This document shows positions 1 to 11,181 of a stretch of DNA of 62,851 nt, in pieces. How positions within the stretch are numbered: position 1 is the stretch's first letter; every line of letters starts with the position of its first letter. The notes below the pieces were generated by a model, which saw only the letters and a program-made list of their open reading frames with translations, searched no databases and had not been told where the DNA came from. This DNA comes from Macrostomum lignano (lineage: Eukaryota): the NCBI GenBank assembly GCA_002269645.1, contig NIVC01000560.1:1-62851 (forward strand), in the 5' to 3' direction. The position numbers were made by a program, and so were the translations under genes.

Positions 1-2
1 AC

Positions 3-983
3 GAATTCCGACGCTGCTACATGGTTGGCATGGAGATCGGCCGGGGCGGTTTTGGCCGAGTTTACAACACGACGAGACGCTGCGATGGCGCCGAATTTGT
101 GGTGAAAGTGATGGAGAAGAGCAAGCTGACCTGGCACAAGTTGCCATGCGACAAACTCGTCCCAATAGAGATCGTCCTGCTGCACATGTGTCGCAACGTG
201 TCCGGTATAGTTCAGCCGGTCGAATATTACGAAGGCGATCGCGAATGGCTAGTAGTGATGCAGCGAATTCAAAAGTGCAAAGACCTATTCGACTATATTT
301 CAACTAAGCGATACCTGGATGAAACCGAGGCCAAGGACCTGATGCGGCAGTTGCTGCACACTCTGACCGAATGCCACGAAGTTGGCGTGCTGCACCGTGA
401 CATCAAGGACGAGAATTTGCTCGTCAACCTGGCCGACGGCACTCTCCGCCTGATCGACTTCGGCTCCGGCGCTCTGCTTCGAGAAGCTGACTACGTGGAC
501 TTCAATGGCACGAGGGTGTACAGCCCCCGAGTGGATCCGGCACCGGCGATACAACGGCAAGCAGGCCGAGGTCTGGTCGCTGGGCATCCTGCTATTCGAT
601 ATGGTCTGCGGCGATGTACCATTCGAACGGGACGACCAGATCTGCGACTGTACGCCTTTGTTCAAGCGGAAGCTCAGCCCAGAGTGCCGGGACCTGATCA
701 ATGCCTGCCTGCAGGCCGATCCGGCCAAGCGGCCAGCCTCCAGCAGATGCTGCATCATCCCTTCCTTCAGCGGGAGGAGGCTGCTGTCACTCAAGAGGTG
801 GCGACTCAGACTCAGCCGATGCCACCGCCTCCACCGCCGTCTTCTTGCGCCTCACTCGAAGAGCTGGAGTCGATCGCGTCAACGTCTCGAATCGCCTCGG
901 CGGCCTCGTCTTTCTCCGACTACCGCGGCTGCCAGAACCGGCTGTGCAACAAAGACTCCGGCTATGGCGGTTGTCACGCATAA
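3..983 (+). CDS. PIM: Pim-family Ser/Thr kinase, intronless, open at the window's 5' edge; two indels (~525-528 and ~734) place subdomains VIII-XI in a second frame
   Basis: Motifs [29 protein letters not shown] (Pim signature), LIDFGSG and DFNGTRVYS lie in frame 21..983. [26 protein letters not shown] and [20 protein letters not shown] lie in frame 505..1008. [10 protein letters not shown] is back in the first frame. AATAAA at 1093-1098. Confidence 0.93.
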   Translation, partial: EFRRCYMVGMEIGRGGFGRVYNTTRRCDGAEFVVKVMEKSKLTWHKLPCDKLVPIEIVLLHMCRNVSGIVQPVEYYEGDREWLVVMQRIQKCKDLFDYISTKRYLDETEAKDLMRQLLHTLTECHEVGVLHRDIKDENLLVNLADGTLRLIDFGSGALLREADYVDFNGTRVYSPRVDPAPAIQRQAGRGLVAGHPAIRYGLRRCTIRTGRPDLRLYAFVQAEAQPRVPGPDQCLPAGRSGQAASLQQMLHHPFLQREEAAVTQEVATQTQPMPPPPPPSSCASLEELESIASTSRIASAASSFSDYRGCQNRLCNKDSGYGGCHA

Positions 984-3589
984 GTTCCGCATAGCAACGC
1001 ATTATTAGCTATTTTAATTAAATAACTTAAATACTACCCGTGCCATGCCTTGTTGAAGTCAGATAATCAACGAATTTTAACAAAATCTACTGAATAAATT
1101 ACTTGAAAATCGTTTTTGTATAGCTTTGCATTAATCAGTAAAATCAAATTGGCGCCAATTAAAAGTTTCTCCAATTTAAACAAAAGCGATTTTCGAGGGA
1201 TATTAATAATTTTTGCCAGATAGTTTACTAATACAAAATAATCCAATCTTTATCCTCCTGGCCCTCCCCTCCACTACTCAAGCAATATTTATTTACTTGT
1301 TAATTGAGAATAATTGTGTGACGAATTTAACAGTGCATTTCTGGTCGATTCATCATAAATTAATATTTTCAAGCTGTTATACAATAATAGTAGATTACTT
1401 ATTATGCGCTCGATAGATAGGAAAATGTATTGGAAATTCTTGCCTGCTGAAACAGAAACTCGAAAACTATAACTGCCCATTTTGTTGTCACTGTAAATAA
1501 TTTAGTTTGGAGATCTGCTTATTTCAGGTCGACATCTCATTTTTATACATCAAGACTGCAAACCCAAGCTCTCCCAGTTTATCTTGCCTAACTTATAAAT
1601 ATTAATAATATTATGTTGTTTTAAAATATGGTTCCAATCAGTGTTCAACAATAGCTAAACGTTTATAATATGGTCGCTTTGTGTGTTTATTATTGTGCTC
1701 AACTTACGTTTGTTTGGCTTCAAGTTTTTATTATTATTATCATTATTATTGTTATTTATTATTTGCTTGTTTCTATTGCTATAGCTTTTTTGGGCTATAG
1801 CAATATCTTCCGATATTAAATCAGTTAACCTCTGGGAGTCTGGGGTTGTAGTACTTCAGTGTTAGTAATTTACAAAAGTTTATCTTATTTGGTTTTAGTA
1901 GTTCAAGGTTTTGTTTTACTGTGTAAGGAAAGTTGTTGATTTGTTTTGGTGTTCAGAGTCTTCAGACGTGCTGTTTATTTTTTGTTGTTGTGAAAATAAA
2001 CCGAGTCCAAAGAAAGTTTCTGTTAGTTACCTCACTATTGTCACAAACGGTGATGGTGGTTTGATTGTTTGTTGAGTTGATAAGAAAAAATTGTCAAGCG
2101 AAATAAGACTTCGATCTGTTTGTTTTTTATAAAAGCCCGAGCTTGATATTCAGACAATTTTAAAGTCAGACTTAAGGATTGCAACGGTCATTCATTCGCG
2201 TGGCTCTAAGTTTTTATCGATTTAACATTTACTGGGGATGGGGTTGTGAGTGTCTGGCGGGCCGGGTTGTAAACAGTAATAAGAAATCAGACGCCCAGCG
2301 TCAGCCAATGAGAATTCAGTGGCGGGGTAGAAGTGGTGACTGCAATTAAAATAAGTGAGGGAGGGCTTGCGGAGCGGCTGAACTGATTCAGACAACAGTG
2401 ATTTTAGCTTAATTTAAGGGTGATTGTGTACTTATTTAGCTACAGAACCCCTCAACCAGATGTTTAATCTCTGTTAAAACAAAAGTGGGAGTCGTTAAAA
2501 ATAAAGCAGGTCACCATAAAATAGGAATCAAAAAACGAAATCACAGCTGATGGAAAGCGAACCCACGCAGACTGCCTCTTGGTCAGACAGACGCATAATA
2601 ACGCGGAATAGTGCAACTGAAGCGGCATTTTTATTGGCTTCAGCCAATACGAAAAATAATTCAGAGATAAATTGGTTACCATAAGTCTGCATAATAAAGC
2701 CGGTTGTATAAATTATCGGGATAAAGTCATTTAAATCACACAGACCAGACTGTGTACAAAATCTCAAGGGGACACTACTCACATTGCTGAGCTCAATTAC
2801 GGCGGCAATATGGGATGAGAGAGAATAGGGTGCAGTGGTCGGTGCATGGTGGCTGGTGGGGTCGATGCAGTCGACCTTCTCGCGTTCCCAAATACTCAGT
2901 CAAGCCTCGGCCTCGCCCAATGATGTCCAGCATGAGTCGGGGAGAGTGAGCGGTTGGGTGGTTAGAACGGAAAAGAGAGAGAGCGAGACAGAGAAAGGAA
3001 TGGTAAAGACGGACGAGACGAACTTTACGAGTTCAGAACTTTTCGCGAGCTCCCCTTGGCGGGACTCGGTAGCGAAGAATGACTGTTGGCGAATCCTTGC
3101 CGGAGCTGAAGAGTGAAGACTGATGCTCGACCTTCTCCGTCTCCCACTAATTCTTTTCCGGCGGCCTTAATACATGTACGTCTCCTTCGTAAATTCGGTC
3201 AATCACTAGCTTGTACCGGTATATAATATAACTGATTGAAATGGGAAGGCAGAAAGTGAAGAGAGCTTATCATCGACCTATGTGTACGCTCGTATAAGTA
3301 AGAGACAGTATATATAGTCTATAATAGGTCAGCATTCCGCAGGTCTTTCCATAATCCCTTGTCTTTGTTATTGAGGAGCGAAATATAAATTACAATGCTT
3401 CAATACGCTCACTTCAAAGTACTCGCAGCATTGCTTGTTCTTTCAGTGACTCGTAATGATTTCCGGCAGCTATTTATAACACCTAGCAAAAGTGGTAGTC
3501 AATAATTTATGACTTTGATCTTCTGTTCTCGGCTTCATACTTGCAATCTCTTAATCTCTTTTCTAACTAAAAATTGCGTCTTCGAAATC

Positions 3590-3875
3590 ACACTACTCAC
3601 TCTTCCCTACTCACCCTCCCCTTCTCACTCTCACATACTCACTCTCTCCATCTCACTCTCCCTACTCACTCTCTCCATCTCACTATCCCCACTCACTCTC
3701 TCCATCTCACTCTCCCTACTCACTCTCCCTACTCACCCTACTCACTCTCTCCATCTCATTCTCCCTACTCACCCTCCCCTTCTCACTCTCCCCTACTGTC
3801 TCCTCTACTCACTCTCCCTTTCTCAACTCACTCTCCGTACTCACTTTCCCATCTCATTCGACTCTCCACTTCTTA
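3590..3875. repeat. CT-rich degenerate repeat (CTCACTCTC/CCCTA)
   Basis: Visible low-complexity pyrimidine tract; it generates ORFs 3509..3964 and 3574..3957. Confidence 0.85.
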
Positions 3876-4524
3876 CTCTGTCATGTTCACCCTCCACTGC
3901 TCACGATCCCTCTGCTCAGGCAAATTACATAATATTATTATCCTGTATCCCGCATAAAGTTTGACCGAATTTTCGTTGCTCAAAGCAGTCATAGACTGGT
4001 TCTAGGATGCTATATTTGTATCGAAATAGGGACTGCAGTTGTTGTGTGTACTTTTTTACTTGAAAAAAATTGTTTTTCGATATCCGCTCGAAACGCGACA
4101 CTGACTGTGTGGCTACAGTATAGTATAGCCCCACTGATATGCGTGCACTTTTGCAGTGTATATATGGGTTAGCACGTCTCAGATGGAGTTGACTTCGCAT
4201 GGCCTCGATTTGTCCCCACATTGATTTCCCAGCAGCGAAAATGCCATGCACTACATCGGAATCCACCCTCGGGCGCTGCAGGAATCGAAGATTTAATTGG
4301 ACCGCTTATCTCGATTCCGCATCTCGAGTTCAGTACGGTTATTGCTAAACTGTAAATCTATACTCGACACTTGAAAAATACTGCATTGCACAGTTACATG
4401 TACTTGACTTCGTTGTGGAGCCTATTCATTCACTGAAATGGGCTAGCCATCCATGGGGAGGGGGAGGGGTTCGTTTACCTCCCCAATTTAAATCGGAGGG
4501 GCATGATGATCTCTGACAAAATCT

Positions 4525-5175
4525 AACATGTGGCGCTAAAATCTAGCCTGTGGTACTAAAATCTAGTCTGTGGCGCTAAAAGCTAACATGTGGCGCTAAA
4601 ATCTAGCTTGCGGCGCTAAAATCTAGCCCGTGGCGCTAAACTCTAGCCTGTAGCGCTAAACTCTAGCCTGTCGCGCTAAAATCTAGCCTGTGGCGCTATA
4701 ATTTAACATGTGGCACTAAAATGTAGCCTGTGGCGCTAAACTATAGCATGTGGCGCTAAAATCTAGCCTGTGGCGCTAAACTCTAGCATGTGGCGCTAAA
4801 ATCTAGCCTGTGGCGCTAAACTCTAGCCTGTGGCGCTATAATTTAACATGTGGCACTAAAATGTAGCCTGTGGCGCTAAACTCTAGCCTGTGGCGCTAAA
4901 ATCTAGCTTGCGGCGCTAAAATCTAGCCTGTGGCGCTAAACTCTACCCTGTGGCGCTAAAATCTAGCCTGTGGCGCTAAACTCTAGCCTGTGGCGCTAAA
5001 CTCTAGCCTGTGGCGCTAAACTCTAGCCTGTGGCGCTAAAATCTAGCCTGTGGCGCTATAATCTAGCCTGTGGCGCTAAAATCTAGTCTATGACGCTAAA
5101 ATCTAGTCTATGACGCTAAAATCTAGTCTATGACGCTAAAATCTAGTCTATGACGCTAAAATCTAACATTCGGCG
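4525..5175. repeat. 20-bp minisatellite TGTGGCGCTAAAATCTAGCC, about 32 copies
   Basis: Direct tandem copies; a variant block TATGACGCTAAAATCTAGTC sits at the 3' end. Confidence 0.95.
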
Positions 5176-5724
5176 CTTTAAAGATGCCGCTCGCAATTAT
5201 CTACAATTATCTAAAAGACCGAATCTAGGATTTCCCCCCCCCCTGGGAGCGGAGGGTCAGCTGACCCCCTCGTAACCCCTGCCGGAAAATGTATAAAAAC
5301 TATTTATTCTACTTTTCTATTAAGATGGAAAATTCTCAGTCCAGATGGATACTGCAGCTGCTGTATAGCACGAGCACACTGCGTGCAATGTAAATTAAAT
5401 GTACCTGTACTCAATAGACTCAAAATAGTTGAGCAGTTGGGCAGATGCACGGGAACGGAAATTTACACTCTTAAATTTGATATTTATGACCGCTATAAGG
5501 TGCGGGCCCCACCCCGCCAGAACAGCTGAGGCAAGCAAACAGGTGCAGCAAGCCATGAGGCGGTATGGCTGGCTTGCAGGGACAATAAAGAGCAACTATT
5601 AGAAGCAGAGAAAACCGCTCTGGGCTGCAGCCTCGCATACAACTGTATGCATTTGAGTATCGGTTCGTAAGCAGTAATAGAGAGGTCTATACGACAATTT
5701 AAACTCACTACTATAAATGACTGA

Positions 5725-6485
5725 CGAACCTAAACCCTAACCTAAACTTTAAAAAAATTAACCTAATAATCGTAATATAAACCCTAAAACCTCGAATCCT
5801 AGAGCCATAACCTAAAACTTAATCCTAACCTAGCGTAAACCTCAACCTAACCTAAACCCTAGCCGTAACCCTAAACCTAACCTAAAGTAACCTAAACCAA
5901 GCCGTAACCCTAAACCTAACCTAAAGTAACCTAAACCCTAGCCGTAACCCTAAACCTAACCTAAAGTAACCTTAACCAAGCCGTAACCGTAACCCCTAGA
6001 CTTAATCTAAAAGCATAACCCTAACCTAACCTAAACCAAGCCGTAACTGTAACCCCTATAGACTTAATCTAAAAGCATAACCCTAACCTAACCTAAACCA
6101 AGCCGTAACCGTAACCCCTAGACTTAATCTAAAAGCATAATCCTAAGGCCTAACCTAACCTAAACCAAGCAGTAACTGTAACCCCTAGACTTAATCTAAA
6201 AGCATAACCCTAACCTAACCTAAACCAAGCCGTAACCGTAACCCCTAGACTTAATCTAAAAGCATAATCCTAAGGCCTAACCTAACCTAAACCAAGCAGT
6301 AACTGTAACCCCTAGACTTAATCTAAACGCATAACCCTAACCTAACGTAAACCCTAGCCGTAAACCTAACCTAAAGTAACCAAGCCTAGCTCTAAACCTA
6401 ACCTGTAAACCCAGCCGTAACCATAATCCCTAAACTTAATCTAAACCCTAAACCTAAATACATAACAAAAACCTAAACCTAAATC
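5725..6485. repeat. Degenerate telomere-like (CCCTAA/CCTAA/TAACC) repeat with ~60-bp higher-order units
   Basis: AACCCTAACCTAACCTAAA motifs; GACTTAATCTAAAAGCATAA recurs at ~5999, 6061, 6121, 6189, 6248 and 6315. Confidence 0.8.
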
Positions 6486-6784
6486 TTTGAGAGTTCACGT
6501 CAAGTACAAGAGACAGGAATTGATGCCGAAAATGTAGAAAAAATTCCATTAGAGCAACTCTTTAAACCCTTATGCGGCACATAAATGCAAAAACTGTCTC
6601 AGCTGACTGAGTGCTTAACGGTAGAACTCCTCTGAGAATGTACTGAATTTTTACACTCAAACACCAGCACATGAAGGCCTTCTTCGATGCTCTGGCAGCT
6701 TTGCAGACGCAACAGAGAATGCAGCTACACCCGATATTGTTTTTGGCTGATGTGTAAATAGTTTTCAATATCAATGAATGTTAT

Positions 6785-7203
6785 TTGTCTGTCTTAGTGT
6801 CTATCTGCCTTAGTGTCTGTCTGTCTTAGTGTCTATCTGCCTTAATGTCTGTCTGTCTTAGTGTCTATCTGACTTAGTGTCCGTCTGTCTTATTGTCTAT
6901 CTGCCTTAGTGTCTGTCTGTCTGCCTTAGTCTTGTCTGTTTGTCTGTCTGTCTTAGTGTCTATCTGCCTTCGTGTCTTTCTGCCTTAGTGTCTGTCTGTC
7001 TGCCTTAGTCTGTCTGTTTGTCTTAGTGTCTGTCTGTCTGTCTTAGTGTGTCTGTCTGTCTGCCTTAGTGTCTGTCTGTCTGTCTTAGTGTGTCTGTCTG
7101 TCTGTCTGTCTTAGTGTGTCTGTCTGTCTGTCTGTCTTAGTGTGTCTGTCTGTCGCTCTGCCTTAGTGTCTTGTCTGTCTGTCTGTCTGTCTGTCTTAGT
7201 GTG

Positions 7204-7237
<34 letters not shown>

Positions 7238-7250
7238 CTGTCTCTATCTA
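6785..7250. repeat. TCTG microsatellite interspersed with CTTAGTG
   Basis: Visible tandem TCTG/TGTC units. Confidence 0.9.
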
Positions 7251-7739
7251 TCTACATTTATCCTCTTTTCTTCCTCACAGTTCCATCTTAAAAAAACGAG
7301 TTTGCCTGCTTAAAGGAAAGATTCAGTCAGATTGGAGTATCCAGGATGCACATGGCGGTTGTTTTAAAGTTTTTTTTAAAAAACTTGAAATGTTGAAATT
7401 GAAAGTTGAAATTTTCGTTTTAATCACGATTATTATACTACTTATTGCCTACTAAGACAAATACAAATGACAAATTTAGAGGCTAGAAAAGCAACAGACA
7501 GTTTATTAATAATAATGCCAATCAAGTGGTGAATGCTGGCTAATACTCGTAATTATAACGGTATATTGTTAGAAAATGAATCAAATCAAGATACGAGGTA
7601 AACAATATCCTTATTAGTCACTATTAAAAACGCATTGATTAAACATATTGTTTAAACATTTGAATGGAACATGCAAAAAGATCTTCGATCAAACGAGAAA
7701 GGCTGAGTAATAAAAAGGAGATTAGAGTATTTTTACTAC

Positions 7740-7960
7740 ACTCTGCTGATTGGCTGATAAGCTCGGCCTCACCCCAATCTCACTCCATTCAGACTTGCTT
7801 TCCCTCTCTCAGTTAGTTCTAGTGGGCTGATAAGCTCGCCACCAACCTCACTCCGCTTAGACTCTCTTTCCCATGGCTCAGCTCTGATTGGTTGATAAAC
7901 TCGCCACCAACCTCACTCCACTTAGACTCTCTTTCCCCTCTCTCAGCTCTGATTGGCTAT
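7740..7960. repeat. ~66-bp tandem repeat (about 3 copies) carrying CTGATTGG, downstream of LACTB
   Basis: GATAA(G/A)CTCGCCACCAACCTCACTCC at ~7828 and ~7894, plus a diverged first copy. Confidence 0.75.
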
Positions 7961-8079
7961 ATTTCTATATTAGTTATATTTCTAAATAGGACAGGACTTT
8001 TCAAAATGAAAATGCAGTTTTAAACTACGCGACATTATTAAAATAGCGCACGAGTGACGTATCACAAAGCCAAGCTCGG

Positions 8080-10180
8080 TTAAAATCTCGCACAAGCCGA
8101 TACCTCCGTAGACGGTTCGGCACACGCGGCAGTCTCCTGAACATAGTCAAAAACAGCGTCCAGGATTGACACTGCCAAGCCCGTAAGACTCACGCGCTGC
8201 AGATTGCAGATCACGGCAATCACGGCGCCGATACGCGGTACCATCAGCAGGATGCTAGTACCGCCAATGCTTGCCCCGGTGTGCAGTACAATCTGCTCGC
8301 CTCTGTAGTTGGCTGTGCCGAATCCTAGGCAGTAGGGACCCGTGAATGCGACGCCCCAGTTTACTTTTGTGCCTGGCACCGCGCTCCACAACATTTTAAT
8401 TGTGTTCGGCTTTAGAATGCCTAAGAAATAGAAGAGATATAAAATAGCATCCTGATAAGCGGATATAACCACATGCACACCACTACTTGCTAGTCAAGAC
8501 TCCTAAATGGTCAGAATAAAAACACCCACCCACCCCACTCTTCGCTAGTCAAGAACCATGATTGGTCAGAATAATAACACCCACCCACCCCACTCTTCGC
8601 TAGTCAAGAATCATGATTGGTCAGAATAATAACACCCACCCACCCCACTCTTCGCTAGTCAAGAATCATGATTGGTCAGAATAATAACACCCACCCACCC
8701 CACTCTTCGCTAGTCAAGAATCATGATTGGTCAGAATAATCACGCCAGTATTAGCTCTTTGCAGTCTAATCTTAACTATAATTCCACCTCACCGTTACAG
8801 TCCTCGCCATTGGCGCAGCGCATCATTAATTCACCGAAAGCCACCAGATCCTCAGCGCAGGACAGCACGCCACCACCAGAGTACTTATAGCTATTGTCAA
8901 TATAGGCCGCATTATTTAGTGTACTGGGAGAGTTTTTACTCCGCTGATATTGCCGAGCTCTATTGCGTATAATAGGCGCGTGCTGCTCCGGCACAGTGCC
9001 AGAGGAGAGGCCCATTTGAACAAACAGCTTCTTGAGCAGACTATCAATCGGCTGGTCTCCGCTAAGCCGTTCCAAAACTGCTCCTAAAAGCGTGTAACCG
9101 TGCGTGCTGTACAGAAACTGGCTTCCCGGCGGCTCAGAGGCGATTGCTTCCTTATCGTTGCACAGCAACTCCTTAGTGGCTTCAGTTGCACTAGCATAGT
9201 ACTTAGTTATGTAGTACTCGGGATTCTCCAGTTCGTCAGAATCCGTGCGGTGATAAGAACGAACTCCGGCCGTGTGACTGAGGAGCTGGCGCACTGTCAT
9301 GCGGCTGAATTTCTGCAAGTTCACCCAGAATTATTGCTTGATTGAGAGCGAATTACTGCGTTGTCATTCCTGAACCTTACTAGAGCTCTCTGATTGGCTG
9401 ATAAACAGCACACACTTCGCTATCATTCTGAACTCTAGCTAGAGATCTGATTGGCTAATAAACAACACCCACCCTCCGCTATCATTCTGAACTCTAGCTA
9501 GAGATCTGATTGGCTAATAAACAATACCCACCCTCCGCTATCATTCTGAACTCTAGCTAGAGATCTGATTGGCTAATAAACAATACCCACCCTCCGCTAT
9601 CATTCTGAACTCTAGCTAGAGATCTGATTGGCTAATAAACAACACCCACCCTCCGCTATCATTCTGAACTCTAGCTAGAGATCTGATTGGCTAATAAACA
9701 GCACCCACCATCCGCTATCATTCTGAACCCCAACTAGAGATCTGATTGGCTGCTAACCTTCATCTCCGGCTTCGTCAGGTACTCGCCAACGGGTTTGTCA
9801 AAATCCATCTGCCCAGCCTCCATCATCTGAGCGGCCAGCACAGCGGTGAAGCACTTACTAATGCTGGCCACTCGCAGAACGCTGCGCTCATTACACGGTA
9901 TCAGGTTCTCAACGTCAGCAAAACCGACGCCACCACTCATGAGTCTCCGACCTCCAAGCGACACGCACAGCGACATGCCGGGAGCTGCGGCCTCTTCGCG
10001 ACGTATTGTCAGCGAGGTGAGACACCGGCGACGAAGCGCAGTGAGCGCCTCCGAGTTGTCGGCCCGCTCTGACCTTGGCAACAGCTTCATCTGAGGTGAC
10101 TTCGGATCCGAAGGCGACGAGAGGTACACCCCAGAGGCTGCCGCTGTGGCAACGGCGGCGGCAGACGGAAGCCAACGCAT
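8080..10180 (-). CDS. LACTB: LACTB-like serine beta-lactamase/penicillin-binding-protein family mitochondrial protein, 427 aa; exons 10180-9758, 9312-8793, 8420-8080
   Basis: Catalytic motifs RVASISK (SxxK), FLYSTHGYTLL (YxT) and LHTGASIGGTS (HTG), plus GILKPNTIKMLW. GT-AG boundaries are phase-consistent (0, then 1): 423+520+341=1284 nt = 428 codons. The N-terminus is Ala-rich and resembles a targeting peptide. Confidence 0.93.
8490..8745. repeat. 55-bp minisatellite filling LACTB intron 2 (about 4.5 copies)
   Basis: Unit AACACCCACCCACCCCACTCTTCGCTAGTCAAGAATCATGATTGGTCAGAATAAT, 55-bp period. Confidence 0.95.
9380..9752. repeat. 59-bp minisatellite filling LACTB intron 1 (about 6 copies)
   Basis: Unit TATCATTCTGAACTCTAGCTAGAGATCTGATTGGCTAATAAACAACACCCACCCTCCGC. 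Confidence 0.95.
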
Positions 10181-10464
10181 TGGAAAGAAAAACTGTTACT
10201 GAGTTTCGGCCAATGTCTGTATGTTAATGGCGCTGAAGGAAGACAGCAAGCAAAGCTGATGATGGGTGGATGGGTAATACATACTTAGGAAGTGACATAT
10301 TGGGGTCGCACTAATCCCTACACAATACCTTAGTTTTTTTCAGTTATTTAGAGGCAGGGGGCTGTGTGCACCCTAGCGCACTTTAGGTGACATTGTCTGC
10401 CAATTCCACCGACTCCCTTGAGCAGGCACACAAGCGCGCGGATACGTAAGCAGTCATACGCACA

Positions 10465-10685
10465 GGCACACACTCACACAGGAGTGTACAGCGGCCCTAA
10501 CTTTATTTATCGTTAGGCATGTACACTTCACTGTGCCTTGGGGGTTGGCCCTCAAGGCCGTTAATTGCACGAGCAGAGCCAAGCCGAGATTCCAATTTAG
10601 CCCCAATTTAATGTGACTGCACCCGGAATCGAGCCTGGGCCGCTGGCATATCAAAGCGCCGCGCTGGACCTCTGGGCTGTATCCC
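10465..10685 (-). mobile_element. tRNA-derived SINE-like element
   Basis: The minus strand starts GGGATACAGCCCAGAGG (A-box-like, 10669-10680) and has GGCTCGATTCC (B-box-like, 10625-10635), followed by a ~150-bp non-tRNA body. There is no complete acceptor stem. Confidence 0.6.
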
Positions 10686-11181
10686 GGACCTTCGTTATAT
10701 TCAACACGATGAAAAGTCCTTTTCTTAGTACGAGCTAAAATAAAAAAGACAACTATTCAAGATTAAGCTTAGAACCAGATTTAGATTGTATTTTTATTAG
10801 AGTTAAAAAAGTGCGCAAATGTGCAATGGAACAAAAAATATGAGCTATAATATAGCCAAGTGTATAAAATCTCAATATTACAACAATCGATAAAAATGAT
10901 TCAGCAAGTATCTTGTGGCATGGACTGATATTAGACTAATAGTGGCAATTATTAATTAATAATAAATATCTAATATTTCTGTACAAAACATTATGCCGCT
11001 TTTGCTAATTCAGACTGATCGCTGAGAAAAATACTACACGATTTCGATTGCAACACAAAAACACTTAGTAGGCAAACAGTAGAGTATACGGCGCATGTGC
11101 GTTATAATTTACAAATTGAATCAAAAGATATAATCAATATAATAAAATAAGATCTATTAGGCCCGGTTGTCATGCCTGAGG

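Noticed and set aside
3925-4266. 113-aa minus-strand ORF and nearby short ORFs (2835-3116)
   Set aside because: No recognisable motif, no convincing splice partners and no other support.
8080-10180. Horizontally acquired bacterial beta-lactamase
   Set aside because: It has spliceosomal introns and LACTB-specific motifs (SISK, YSTHGYTLL, HTG); LACTB is a widespread metazoan gene.
10620-10685. Functional tRNA gene
   Set aside because: A- and B-box-like motifs only. There is no pairing acceptor stem, and it continues into a SINE-like body.
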